A stretch of 64,000 nt of DNA from Candidatus Poribacteria bacterium (GTDB taxonomy: Bacteria; Poribacteria; WGA-4E; UBA9662). Below the pieces are notes generated by a model. It ran no database searches. It saw only the letters and a program-made list of their open reading frames with translations, and was not told the DNA's origin. The position numbers and the translations under genes are program-made. The stretch spans positions 1 to 64,000 of the forward strand of contig JAYZAL010000066.1 in the NCBI GenBank assembly GCA_036339735.1. The letters run 5' to 3'. Positions 9,633-19,320 of the stretch are shown one piece after another. Within the stretch, counting starts at the first letter, position 1, and each line of letters opens with the position of its first letter.

Positions 9633-10481
9633 ATGAATTTATCTCTATCGTTGTCTTTTTTATCCAATTACTGTCTTGTTTTTTTGAGTCTATTCTCATC
9701 TCTTTTGTTGGTGGTTGGTTGTTCAACTAAAAAATCTACTGATTTAGGTGAATTCTCTGGGAGCCCGATTGATCAGAATCGATTAGTCAATTCAGTTTTA
9801 TCTGAGCTACAATTTCGATACGATCTAACTAATACCCTTCGCATGCAAATGAAGGTGTCGATTGAGGAGAAGGGTAAAAAAGAAGAAGTTCGGGAAACTT
9901 TGTGGTATAAGCGCTCTAGAACTGGTCAAGACCAACTTCATATTCAAGCCATGGGATTTTACAATCAGCCTCGAGCAGTTATGCTGGCTAATAATACAGA
10001 GTTTTTACTTTACTTAGTGAATGAACAGGAATCAATTCGAGCACCTCTTGAAGATGCAGTCTTACAAGATATTTTTGGGATTGATTTGAGAATCTCGGAT
10101 GTCAAGTCGTCTATTTTTGCAAACCCATTCTTAGATCGATCAACTCTTGGCGACTTCTGCATTCAGCCTTTTATTCTGAGTGATGATCACTTGCGTCTTT
10201 CTTGTAAAACTTCCAGCCAACATTTGGTTGAAGAAATAATGATCCTAAATTACACGGAGGAACCGATTGTTCGATCATGGAAAATTTTCGACCCTAGAGG
10301 TGAACTGGTACAAGAAACTCACTTTTCAGACTACCGAGAAGTCGATGGTATTTTACGGCCTTATCGCCTATTAATTAAGCGTCCTAAAGAAGAAACAAAG
10401 GTTGAAATTACGACCATCAAACCCGAAATTGGAGGTGAGATCAATGACCAAAAGTTTGATTTTGAAAGGTTCTCCAAATGA
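9633..10481 (+). CDS. Putative lipoprotein with LolA/LolB-like (DUF4292-like) fold
   Basis: Lipobox-like LLVVGC; beta-rich; C-terminal FSDYREVDGILRPYRLLIKRP...INDQKF pattern typical of LolA-like proteins. Confidence 0.55.
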   Translation: MNLSLSLSFLSNYCLVFLSLFSSLLLVVGCSTKKSTDLGEFSGSPIDQNRLVNSVLSELQFRYDLTNTLRMQMKVSIEEKGKKEEVRETLWYKRSRTGQDQLHIQAMGFYNQPRAVMLANNTEFLLYLVNEQESIRAPLEDAVLQDIFGIDLRISDVKSSIFANPFLDRSTLGDFCIQPFILSDDHLRLSCKTSSQHLVEEIMILNYTEEPIVRSWKIFDPRGELVQETHFSDYREVDGILRPYRLLIKRPKEETKVEITTIKPEIGGEINDQKFDFERFSK

Positions 10482-10487
10482 AAAGCG

Positions 10488-11336
10488 TCAAACGTTAGCA
10501 TACTTAAGCGTAGGCAAAATACTAGACAATAAACCCAAAAAGATTCCTGAAAAGACTATCAAGAAAGTTTGACGCATAGAAATAAAAGACAAGACTTCGA
10601 ATTGGTGGTTGAAAGACTGAAAGATTATAAAAGAAAGACATACTCCCATCAGACTACCGAATCCACCCAAAAAGCCACCTTGGACAACCAAAGGTATGCC
10701 AATATACCAAGAGCTAGCCCCCACCAAACGTAAAATTTCAATCTCCTCCCGCCGAAAATAAACGGTCAGTACAATCGAGAAAGCTATGATAACGATTGAT
10801 GCAACACTCATAATAATCCCAAGACCCAAAATGCCAATCTCAGCCTGATTTACAAAAGATGAGGTTAGCGTTTCGTAACTAACTTCTTCAATTTGTTTCG
10901 ACATCTGCTGAATCTGATTAGCAGTGATTTCTAGATCGCGCAATTTTAGATATTGCTCTTCGACTTGAATTTCAATTGAGGCTGGGAGCGGATTGACAGC
11001 TGCGAGTCCCTGAATAATATTACTGAACTCACCAAATATTTGGTTACTTCGTTCCAAGGCTTGTATTTTGGAAATGTAGACCACTTTCTTTACTGATTTT
11101 AGCCCGGAAATATCCTCTATGAGGCGTTCTTTCTCACTTTGGTTAATTGTATCTGAGAGAAAAACAATAATTGCTGCTGATGACTTGATTGCATCTACGT
11201 CTCTTCGGATAGTATTATGCAAAAGTGTTAATCCTGCTACAATCATTGTGGTCAGTGTAATGATGATTACACTCAAAATACTGACCACACCGCCATGCCT
11301 AATGTTTGAAATTGTCTCTTCCAATATGTAAGCCAT
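10488..11336 (-). CDS. ftsX: Cell division permease-like protein FtsX
   Basis: Directly downstream of ftsE; four TM segments, YISKIQALE, NPLPASIEI, RREEIEILRLVGAS. Start refined to ATG 11336. Confidence 0.9.
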   Translation of the reverse strand: MAYILEETISNIRHGGVVSILSVIIITLTTMIVAGLTLLHNTIRRDVDAIKSSAAIIVFLSDTINQSEKERLIEDISGLKSVKKVVYISKIQALERSNQIFGEFSNIIQGLAAVNPLPASIEIQVEEQYLKLRDLEITANQIQQMSKQIEEVSYETLTSSFVNQAEIGILGLGIIMSVASIVIIAFSIVLTVYFRREEIEILRLVGASSWYIGIPLVVQGGFLGGFGSLMGVCLSFIIFQSFNHQFEVLSFISMRQTFLIVFSGIFLGLLSSILPTLKYANV

Positions 11337-11346
11337 TGCTAGGTAA

Positions 11347-12003
11347 CTAAAATTCAATCGATCGACCTTCCTGAATCCGAATAACTCTTTTGCCAAGTTT
11401 TCGAATTAAGGCTACATCATGGGTGGCGACCAGAATAGTTGTTCCCCTAAAGTTGAAATTTTCGAATAAATGCATAATTTCTAACGATAATTTAGGATCT
11501 AAGTTACCAGTTGGCTCATCAGCCAATAGAATCGTTGGATTGTTAGCCATAGCTCTAGCAATAGCGACTCGTTGTTGCTCGCCACCTGATATTTCTTCCG
11601 GATAAGCGTCTCTCCGATGAACTAAACTCATCTGTTGCAAAAGCTGATTAACATTATGGTGGACTTCAGTCGGTTTTATTCCCGTAACTTTCATCGAAAT
11701 AGCAATGTTCTGCTGTACGGTTTTATTAGGTAAAAGCTTAAAATCTTGAAAAACTACACCAATCTGACGACGAAAATCTGGAATCTCAGATTTTGATAAA
11801 GTAGAAAGGTTACGTCCTGCCACAACCAACTCACCACTGGTGGGAATTAACCCTCGATATAATAGTCGCAGGATAGTCGTTTTACCTGCTCCACTTTCAC
11901 CAACCAGAAATACAAATTCCCCTTTCTGGACTTTAAAACTAACATCATTGAGAACTTGGATATCTTCTTTATAAGACATGTTGACGTTATATGCTTGAAT
12001 CAT
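11347..12003 (-). CDS. ftsE: Cell division ATP-binding protein FtsE
   Basis: GESGAGKT, RRQIGVVFQDFKLL, ISGGEQQRVAIARA, LLADEPTGNLDP. Confidence 0.95.
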   Translation of the reverse strand: MIQAYNVNMSYKEDIQVLNDVSFKVQKGEFVFLVGESGAGKTTILRLLYRGLIPTSGELVVAGRNLSTLSKSEIPDFRRQIGVVFQDFKLLPNKTVQQNIAISMKVTGIKPTEVHHNVNQLLQQMSLVHRRDAYPEEISGGEQQRVAIARAMANNPTILLADEPTGNLDPKLSLEIMHLFENFNFRGTTILVATHDVALIRKLGKRVIRIQEGRSIEF

Positions 12004-12236
12004 AAGTCTATCAATTAATTATGGGAGGGTATATTTTTCAACGAAGGTCCGACACACCCAATTTTTGTTCTGAATTATATTAACTGGCAAGAGAAGTAAA
12101 TCAATGAGAGATATTTAAATAATGAATTAACGTCAGCCACGAACGATTCGTTACGCTAGTTACCGATTTGTTTCTCCAAGAGCATATGCTATTTAGCTCT
12201 GTGTCGTTTACTAGTCGTATTTGCCGATTCCGAAGA

Positions 12237-14981
12237 TTATTTGGGGGGGCGTGGTTCTTTACCGTCAGATCGAATTCGCTCCTCGCGTGCGGCAATTAGC
12301 TCTAAAGCGTCATCAAAGCTTACCTTCATTGGGTCTTTTGCAGTAGGGATAGAAGCGTTTATCTGGCCATCAGTCACATAAGGGCCAAACCGACCGGTCC
12401 TCACCTCAATCTCCTTTTTAGTTAAGGGGCTAATCCCTAATTGGGCAAGTGGGCCTTGAACAGATCGACGTTTTCTTGCTGCAGGTCTGGACAACAAATC
12501 GATAGCTTCCTCTAGGGTACAGGTAAGCAATTGATCGTGATTCTCGAGCGATCGAGACTCACTTTTTCCGTCTTCCTTTTGGTAGGAGACATAAGGACCA
12601 TAAGGACCATCTTGAATAGTAATATCCGTATTCAGCTCAGGGTGTACGCCTAAAATTCTAGGGAATGACAACAGTAACTCGGCTTGAGTCAAGTTGAGTT
12701 GCTCAGGTTGCATATCGGGCCATAGACTTGCCATCTTTGGTTTCTGCTTTTTTCTACCTTTTGCTTCTGAGTCAATTTCTCCCAATTGTACATATGGTCC
12801 GTAGCGACCACTCTTCAGAAAAATAGTTTCACCTGTCTCAGAGTGTTCTCCTAATTCTCGATTAGAGCGCTCAGCTTCACTAATCAAATGCTCTGCTACC
12901 AAGGGACTTAATTCATCTAAGATAATTTCATCATCGATATAAGCCCGACGCTCCGTCTCTCCTACCTGAATATAAGGTCCAAACCGACCAACGCGGGCTA
13001 CAACGGGTTCTCCGTCTAGTTCTCCAATATCAAAAGTCGAAATGGCACGAGCGTCAATATGCTCTGCACTCACCGATAATTTTTCTTTTAAGCCAAGTTG
13101 CTCGATGTTTAAATTTACCTTCTCATGTTGTTCAACTTCTGGTTTTTGGCCAAAATAAAATCGGTGTAACCAAGGCTTTGCATCCTGTTTCCCACTTGAG
13201 ATTTGGTCTAAGTCGTCCTCCATCTGAGCAGTGAACTCGTAGTCAACTAGGCGGGAAAAATGCTTTTCTAATAATTGGTTAACTGCAAAAGCTGTTAGGG
13301 TAGGCACTAAGGCACCACTTTTTTTCCAAGCATAACCACGATCCTGAATGGTCAGTATTATGTTTGCGTATGTTGAAGGTCGACCAATCCCTCTCTCTTC
13401 CAGTACTTTTACCAGACTAGATTCAGTATACCTAGCTGGTGGTTTAGTTTGATGCTGATTTGCGAGTAGTTCATCAGCTGACAAGTGTTCACCAATTTCC
13501 AAGGGAGGCAAAAGGCGATCTCTTTCCCCAGTGTTCGATGGCTCTTCCATATCTGAGTCATATTTTTGGCCCATTGCACCCTCATATTCATAGACACGTA
13601 GAAAGCCATCAAATTCCATCACCCGACCAGTGGTCGAAAACACGGCTTTTCCCTGAACCCGATTGTCCGACTGGTCGAGTACAGCGGACTTTATGGTAGT
13701 CTCAGATAACACACGTGTGCGTTGTCCACTGGCATTTTTCATTTGGGAAGCCAGTGTTCGTTTCCAAATCAGCTCGTAGAGGCGAACTGCATCATCATCT
13801 AATTCGGATTTTAGTTGATTAGGGGTGCGAAAGACCGATCCAGTAGGCCGTATAGCTTCATGTGCTTCCTGAGCACCTTTGACTTTTTGTCTATATTCCC
13901 GATGTTGTGGAGGAAGATAATTGTTACCAAATAACTCCCCAACTTGGTTTCGGGCGGCTTGAATAGCCTGTTCAGATAAAACTACCGAGTCGGTTCGCAT
14001 ATAAGTTATGTAACCATTTTCGTAAAGCCGTTGAGCAACTCGCATAGTTCGGCTAGCCGTAAAGCGAAGTTTGCCACCAGCTTCCTGCTGTAAAGTTGAA
14101 GTGATAAAGGGCGCTGAGGGTTTCTGTGTAAAAGGTGTTTGGCGCACAGAGACGACGACGAAAGACGACGTTAGGAACTGTTTTTTAAGCTGATCGGCCG
14201 ATTCAGAATTCAGATGTAAAATATTTTCTGAGCCAGCGTCCTTTCTAAGGCTACCAGTGGAAGAATCAAAATCTTTTGATAGAGCAATTCGACGGTTGTC
14301 TAAACGAACCATTATTGAATCAATCTTCTTTGAATGTTCTTTGTCTGCTTTCAAGACAGCGCGGAGTGAACTGAAAGTAGCACTACGAAATGCAATCCGT
14401 TCCAACTCTCGATTCACAACTAAGCGGTTGGCCACTGATTGTACCCGACCAGCACTAAGCTTAGGCTTAATTTTAATCCATAGTAGAGGAGATACTTCAT
14501 AACCATACAGGCGATCGAGAACCCGTCGGGCTTCTTGAGCTTCCACGCGACGTTGGTCAATCTGGCGAGGGTTTTTCAATGCTTGGGTAATAGCTTGCTC
14601 TGTCATTTCATGAAACACCATTCTTCTTACGGGGATTTTCGGTTTCAAGATTTCGGTTAGATGCCAAGCAATAGCTTCTCCTTCTCGATCTTCGTCAGTT
14701 GCCAAATAAAGCTCGCTGACCGTTTGAACTAACCGTTTCAGTTTCTTGATTTGTTCTTTTTTCCCAGCAGGCACAATATAAAGTGGCTTGAACCCATTTT
14801 CAGTGTCGACGCCAATTCTTGCCCAGTCTTTTTTCTTGTACCGAGTCGGAATTTCACTTGCTTTGGAAGGCAAATCTCGAACATGCCCTATTGAGGACTC
14901 AACCAAATAACCTTCGCCTAAGAAACGGGATATCGTTCGTGCTTTGGGCGGTGATTCGACGATAATTAAAATTTTACTCAC
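12237..14981 (-). CDS. topA: DNA topoisomerase I (type IA) with C-terminal Topo_C repeats
   Basis: IVESPPKA, ATDEDREGEAIAWH, SAGRVQS, GYITYMRTDS (catalytic Tyr), AQEAHEAIRPT, GIGRPSTY; four G(R/P)(F/Y)GPY repeats. Confidence 0.97.
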   Translation of the reverse strand: MSKILIIVESPPKARTISRFLGEGYLVESSIGHVRDLPSKASEIPTRYKKKDWARIGVDTENGFKPLYIVPAGKKEQIKKLKRLVQTVSELYLATDEDREGEAIAWHLTEILKPKIPVRRMVFHEMTEQAITQALKNPRQIDQRRVEAQEARRVLDRLYGYEVSPLLWIKIKPKLSAGRVQSVANRLVVNRELERIAFRSATFSSLRAVLKADKEHSKKIDSIMVRLDNRRIALSKDFDSSTGSLRKDAGSENILHLNSESADQLKKQFLTSSFVVVSVRQTPFTQKPSAPFITSTLQQEAGGKLRFTASRTMRVAQRLYENGYITYMRTDSVVLSEQAIQAARNQVGELFGNNYLPPQHREYRQKVKGAQEAHEAIRPTGSVFRTPNQLKSELDDDAVRLYELIWKRTLASQMKNASGQRTRVLSETTIKSAVLDQSDNRVQGKAVFSTTGRVMEFDGFLRVYEYEGAMGQKYDSDMEEPSNTGERDRLLPPLEIGEHLSADELLANQHQTKPPARYTESSLVKVLEERGIGRPSTYANIILTIQDRGYAWKKSGALVPTLTAFAVNQLLEKHFSRLVDYEFTAQMEDDLDQISSGKQDAKPWLHRFYFGQKPEVEQHEKVNLNIEQLGLKEKLSVSAEHIDARAISTFDIGELDGEPVVARVGRFGPYIQVGETERRAYIDDEIILDELSPLVAEHLISEAERSNRELGEHSETGETIFLKSGRYGPYVQLGEIDSEAKGRKKQKPKMASLWPDMQPEQLNLTQAELLLSFPRILGVHPELNTDITIQDGPYGPYVSYQKEDGKSESRSLENHDQLLTCTLEEAIDLLSRPAARKRRSVQGPLAQLGISPLTKKEIEVRTGRFGPYVTDGQINASIPTAKDPMKVSFDDALELIAAREERIRSDGKEPRPPK

Positions 14982-15029
14982 TGGATTTCCATATGTTTTT
15001 TATATTTCGTAGATTAATTCTTACCAGTT

Positions 15030-15812
15030 TCATCTGATCCAATCTAGTAAACTGATCAAAAAAGATTTCATTTGATGTCGATGGACAATATGGTCAATCA
15101 TGCCGTGCTCAAGAAGGAATTCAGATTTTTGGAAATTATCAGGTAGTGTCTCTCGAATACTAGCAACGGCTCTAGGACCTGCAAACCCAATACGAGCATT
15201 GGGTTCAGCAATAACTATATGCCCAAGAGACACAAAACTGGCCGTGGCTCCACCGTAGGTAGGGTCAGTTGCTATCGAAATATAAAATAGTCCAGCTTCC
15301 GAATGACGAGTACAAGCTGCTGCTGTTTTCTGCATCTGCATTAACGCTAGTGTACCCTCCTGCATTCGCATTCCACCGCTAACAGCAACTGTAATCAGGG
15401 GAAGTTTGTTTTTGGTAGCATATTCGATAGTTCGAGTTAGTTTTTCGCCAGCTACAGCTCCCATAGTTCCGCCAATAAAACTAACATCTCCAATGGATAA
15501 AGCTACATTATGCTTACCAATTTGACCAGTTCCACTTAGCAACTCGTAAGGCCTACCTGTTTTTTTTGTGTCTCGCTCTAATTTTGTTTCGTAGTCTGGG
15601 AAGCCAAGTGTATTAACAGAGTAGAGTTCTGTGTCATGCTCTATAAAGGTGCCAGCATCCACTATTAGGTTAAGCCGTTCTTCTGCACTAATAATACCGT
15701 GGTGGTTACAAACCGGACAGACTTTATAACCTTTAAGGTATTTCGCTAAATCTATTTTGGCTTGACAGCTAGCACAGTTGATCTCTTGGTCAATTTCTCG
15801 TTGAATCGTCAT
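15030..15812 (-). CDS. accD: Acetyl-CoA carboxylase carboxyltransferase beta subunit
   Basis: C4 zinc finger CASC..CPVC, FIGGTMGAVAGEK, SGGMRMQEG, DPTYGGATASF, IGFAGPR, FQKSEFLLEHGMID. Confidence 0.93.
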   Translation of the reverse strand: MTIQREIDQEINCASCQAKIDLAKYLKGYKVCPVCNHHGIISAEERLNLIVDAGTFIEHDTELYSVNTLGFPDYETKLERDTKKTGRPYELLSGTGQIGKHNVALSIGDVSFIGGTMGAVAGEKLTRTIEYATKNKLPLITVAVSGGMRMQEGTLALMQMQKTAAACTRHSEAGLFYISIATDPTYGGATASFVSLGHIVIAEPNARIGFAGPRAVASIRETLPDNFQKSEFLLEHGMIDHIVHRHQMKSFLISLLDWIR

Positions 15813-15891
15813 TGTTTTTTACCAAAGCCAAACTGGAGCGGGTAATAATACCTGTGGCTATTTTAATTGTCAAGATCAGGGGCTTTCCGTA

Positions 15892-16710
15892 TTAACAAAG
15901 TAATTTTTGGTGGGCTTGGTTTACAATTTCGGCAATTGGTATCTGGGCCAATCCTTCTGCCTGCTTGGCTGTGAAATGCGCCAAGAACTCGATATTTCCC
16001 GCTGGGCCGCGCAGAGGTGAATGAGTGAGCGCGACCATTTGCCAGCCGAGTTTCTCGACAGTGTCTCGAACTTTTCGAATTACAAACAAGTGGGACGAAG
16101 AGTCCCAAACAACACCACCCTTTGAAACAAGTTCCTTTCCAGCTTCAAACTGTGGTTTGATTAAAGCAATAATTTGAGATGATGACGATAATAGACCAAT
16201 GGCTGTTGGAAGCACCTTGGTCAACGAAATGAAGGAGACGTCAATTACTGCAAGGTCTAGTTGTCTTGCGATGGATTTTGGGTCTAGGTGCCGAATATTG
16301 GTTCGCTCGATAACCTCCACTTGTTGCGTGTTTTGTCTCAATTGCCAGGCGATTTGACCATACCCGACATCAACCGCATAGACAAAGTTGACACCGTATT
16401 GTAATAAGCAATCAGTAAATCCACCAGTTGAAGCTCCAATATCGATCGCTACTTTTCCTACTACATTGATAGGGAATTCGTTTAGTGCTTTTTCTAATTT
16501 CAGCCCGCCCCTACTGACATATTTAAGTGGTGTCTTAACCTTAATACATGCATCCAATGGAACTAACTGGCCGGGTTTTATCGTTTGGGATTGCCCTGGA
16601 TTATCGATCAAGATCTGACCGGACAAAATCAGTAATTTAGCTTTCCCTCTACTTTCGACAATGCCTTTTTCAACCAGCAGTTGATCTAATCTTAGTTTTT
16701 TGACCTTCAC
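15892..16710 (-). CDS. tlyA: TlyA family rRNA (cytidine-2'-O)-methyltransferase
   Basis: S4 domain RLDQLLV; YVSRGGLKLEKAL, DIGASTGGFTDCLLQ, IDVSFISL, LIKPQFEAG, GPAGNIEF. Confidence 0.95.
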   Translation of the reverse strand: MKVKKLRLDQLLVEKGIVESRGKAKLLILSGQILIDNPGQSQTIKPGQLVPLDACIKVKTPLKYVSRGGLKLEKALNEFPINVVGKVAIDIGASTGGFTDCLLQYGVNFVYAVDVGYGQIAWQLRQNTQQVEVIERTNIRHLDPKSIARQLDLAVIDVSFISLTKVLPTAIGLLSSSSQIIALIKPQFEAGKELVSKGGVVWDSSSHLFVIRKVRDTVEKLGWQMVALTHSPLRGPAGNIEFLAHFTAKQAEGLAQIPIAEIVNQAHQKLLC

Positions 16711-16754
16711 GGATTATAACAATGGGTCTAGTATCCTTAATCAACCGCTGTATC

Positions 16755-18011
16755 TCAATTTGGACCGTCGTCTTGTTTTTTTCGAAATGATTCACTAACT
16801 TGAACTAAACGAACCATTTGGTCTTTTTGAATTCGTCCAAACCCATCAAGAGTACGCACTTGGGACAAGCGATCTGTCTGAACATCGATAACTTCAACCT
16901 GTCCAATTGCTTTTTTTAGATAACCTAAGACATCGCCTGAGTCAGGATCAACCAACCGTTCAAAAACGTCGAATTTTTGACCAATTTTTACCCCTTTTGC
17001 TGAACCAATATTGATGTAAACTAACTCCGGGTTATTGCTATCTGCATAGATAATTTTGCCAATGGGAATCTGAGTGTCAGAGTTTTTGTGTTTGAGTCTT
17101 GATGATGATTGGCTGATGTCGCTTGCGTTACCTGCATTTGATTCAGGACCGATAGTTTCTCGTAAGGCATCTAGGACTTTTTCCATTACTGCATTGGTAA
17201 CAATGCCCAGAAGTGTTCTATTATAGATTGGAGTCCCAAACTGAATTTGGCGTAACTGATCATGTGAAACTATGGGGCGGAGCCTCTCTTTTCGTTTCTG
17301 TTCTTCCGTTTTTGGTGTTTGACCTAATTGAAAGTCAGACCCTTGATCTGTCATCATCGCTCGTAATGCTGAAACTCTGGCTCCTCCCAATCGGTGGCGG
17401 TCACGCTCTGTTATTTTCCGAGTTGCAATTTTTGTCCCTGATCGCCCATAAATATCAACTTCAACATCAATACGAACTAAATAGACATAACCAGCCACTT
17501 GGTAACCACTGGAGAAACTACCACCCAGAGTACTTCCTTGAGCTCCACCTTCCAGAATACGACGAGAGACGTTAGCCCGAACACGTTCTTGATTAAAGTG
17601 GCGAATCTTTCCAACCACTAGCGCATCTGCGTTAATTTTTTTGGCTAATTCTGATCGCCCTTTTTCGTTTTTTGGTATTTCTTTTCTCGATAACCCAAGA
17701 GCGGCCATACCATCTAAAATTTCGTCCTGAGTAACATACTCGTAGACACCACTTTGTTCAACATTTTTGTTCATTAGCTGAAGAAAACCGACCTCTAAAT
17801 CCCAATCGTTAGCTCGCTTTTTGCGGCCAATAAAGTATTCAAGAGGGCCAACCGGCAAACAACCACAACCGGTACTAGAGTTGAATCCACTATGGTCGTC
17901 AAAATACAAAACTGCTACTCTCTTGGTTTGGCCCTCAGTGGCCAAGCTAGTCAGTCCAATTGAGCTAACTAACCATAAAAAGCAGAGCAAAAGGAAGCTA
18001 CGGTTTTGCAT
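16755..18011 (-). CDS. Exported protein with CsgG/TolB-N-like N-terminal domain and FlgT-C-like C-terminal domain
   Basis: Signal peptide from ATG 18011; RVAVLYFDD..ADALVVGKI; C-terminal VYINIGSAKGVKIGQKFDVF..DPDSGDVLG..IGQVEV. Overlaps the purE stop. Confidence 0.6.
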   Translation of the reverse strand: MQNRSFLLLCFLWLVSSIGLTSLATEGQTKRVAVLYFDDHSGFNSSTGCGCLPVGPLEYFIGRKKRANDWDLEVGFLQLMNKNVEQSGVYEYVTQDEILDGMAALGLSRKEIPKNEKGRSELAKKINADALVVGKIRHFNQERVRANVSRRILEGGAQGSTLGGSFSSGYQVAGYVYLVRIDVEVDIYGRSGTKIATRKITERDRHRLGGARVSALRAMMTDQGSDFQLGQTPKTEEQKRKERLRPIVSHDQLRQIQFGTPIYNRTLLGIVTNAVMEKVLDALRETIGPESNAGNASDISQSSSRLKHKNSDTQIPIGKIIYADSNNPELVYINIGSAKGVKIGQKFDVFERLVDPDSGDVLGYLKKAIGQVEVIDVQTDRLSQVRTLDGFGRIQKDQMVRLVQVSESFRKKQDDGPN

Positions 18012-18531
18012 ACTCTCTATATCCAACTTGGGATAGTCGCTCTGCCTTCGTCTCAACTCCTTTTGCTAGCTCATCCTTATATCCTAGGAGTCTGTGGCGT
18101 AGTTCGTCGGATTTTAATGCCAAAATTTGCACAGCTAAAATACCTGCGTTTCTTGCACCACCAGCCCCAATGGCCATTGTCGCCACAGGAATACCAGGTG
18201 GCATTTGAACTGTGGAATAGAGTGCATCAACACCATTTAGTGGGCCTCCATCGATTGGGACACCGATTACTGGCAAGATTGTATGAGCAGCTATAACGCC
18301 TGCTAAATGTGCGGCTCGACCAGCACCAGCAATAATAACTTCTATTCCTCTGTCAGTCGCCGTTTCTGCTAACCGCATCGCAGCCGCCGGGGATCGGTGA
18401 GCTGAAGAAACGGTCATTTCATAACCAACTTCAAAAAATTCCAGCATTTTGGCAGCCTCGGTCATTCTATCTAGGTCTGAATCGCTACCCATTACAATAC
18501 TAACGACAGGATTTTGGTGAACGTTTGACAC
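17998..18531 (-). CDS. purE: N5-carboxyaminoimidazole ribonucleotide mutase
   Basis: IVMGSDSD, SAHRSP, IIAGAGRAAHLAGVIAA, LYSTVQMPPGIPVAT. Confidence 0.97.
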   Translation of the reverse strand: MSNVHQNPVVSIVMGSDSDLDRMTEAAKMLEFFEVGYEMTVSSAHRSPAAAMRLAETATDRGIEVIIAGAGRAAHLAGVIAAHTILPVIGVPIDGGPLNGVDALYSTVQMPPGIPVATMAIGAGGARNAGILAVQILALKSDELRHRLLGYKDELAKGVETKAERLSQVGYREYAKP

Positions 18532-18960
18532 AATTTTATGTATGGTTCCTTTTTAAATATTTTGATTCGATCTGTTGGCGAGAAGAAAACTACGATTATT
18601 TACTTCAAAAGAGCCAACCCAAAGCCAATCAGAATCCACAAAGACAAAGAAATACTACTCTGATTCAAATTCCACAATCGGTACCGGTTACGCACGTATC
18701 AATCATGCGGTTATTATGATTTGAGCTGAGCAAACTTACGATTGATAACCAACGCAACCCATCTAAGCTACGAAATCAGTCAAACATCAGCGTCATAGAC
18801 AGCTGAACTGATATCGTTTTTACTCAGAACAACAGCATCCAACCAGAAAGACCTCAGGGTTGGGTGAAACCTAATTACCTACATTGAATACTTTGCTTGT
18901 GACAGGTACAGGACAAACCTTTCCTCGTAGAATAATCTAATCACTCAACACACGATGGCA

Positions 18961-18990
18961 AATGTAGCATCAGAAATTGTTGATTGTCAA
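18961..18990 (-). promoter_or_regulatory. Sigma70-type promoter candidate directed toward purE
   Basis: Minus strand reads TTGACA-N18-TACATT with an extended TG (TGc TACATT); perfect -35. Confidence 0.6.
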
Positions 18991-19320
18991 ACTGTTTCTA
19001 TTTGTCAGAATCAAGAATGAAATGTGATGTGGGTACTTTCCTTGATTAGTCTGACTTTAGCAGTGAAGTTAGAAATGTAGCTTTCATAGTTAACAACATG
19101 ATACTCTGATTTGATTTTCACCACCGTGACTCGTATGAAGTTCTTAAGGATTTACCATTTACTATCTTGAGAATTAACATCTATCACTGCGGACTTGTCG
19201 TAGCGCAAAAAGGAGAACGGTTCTAAAACATATCGGAGACAACTATGTACGACACACAATCTAGATCTCGCGTTCTTAATACTTTTCCCCTTGGACTTAC
19301 ACTTAAGAAGTTTGTGGTTG

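Noticed and set aside
18600-18695. 31-aa minus-strand ORF MRNRYRLWNLNQSSISLSLWILIGFGLALLK in the purE leader
   Set aside because: Hydrophobic, but GTG start without a clear Shine-Dalgarno and short enough to arise by chance; needs conservation evidence.
18919-18926. GAGGAAAG on the minus strand resembling the RNase P RNA P4 motif
   Set aside because: Followed by GTTT rather than TCC, and the other universally conserved RNase P segments are not present.
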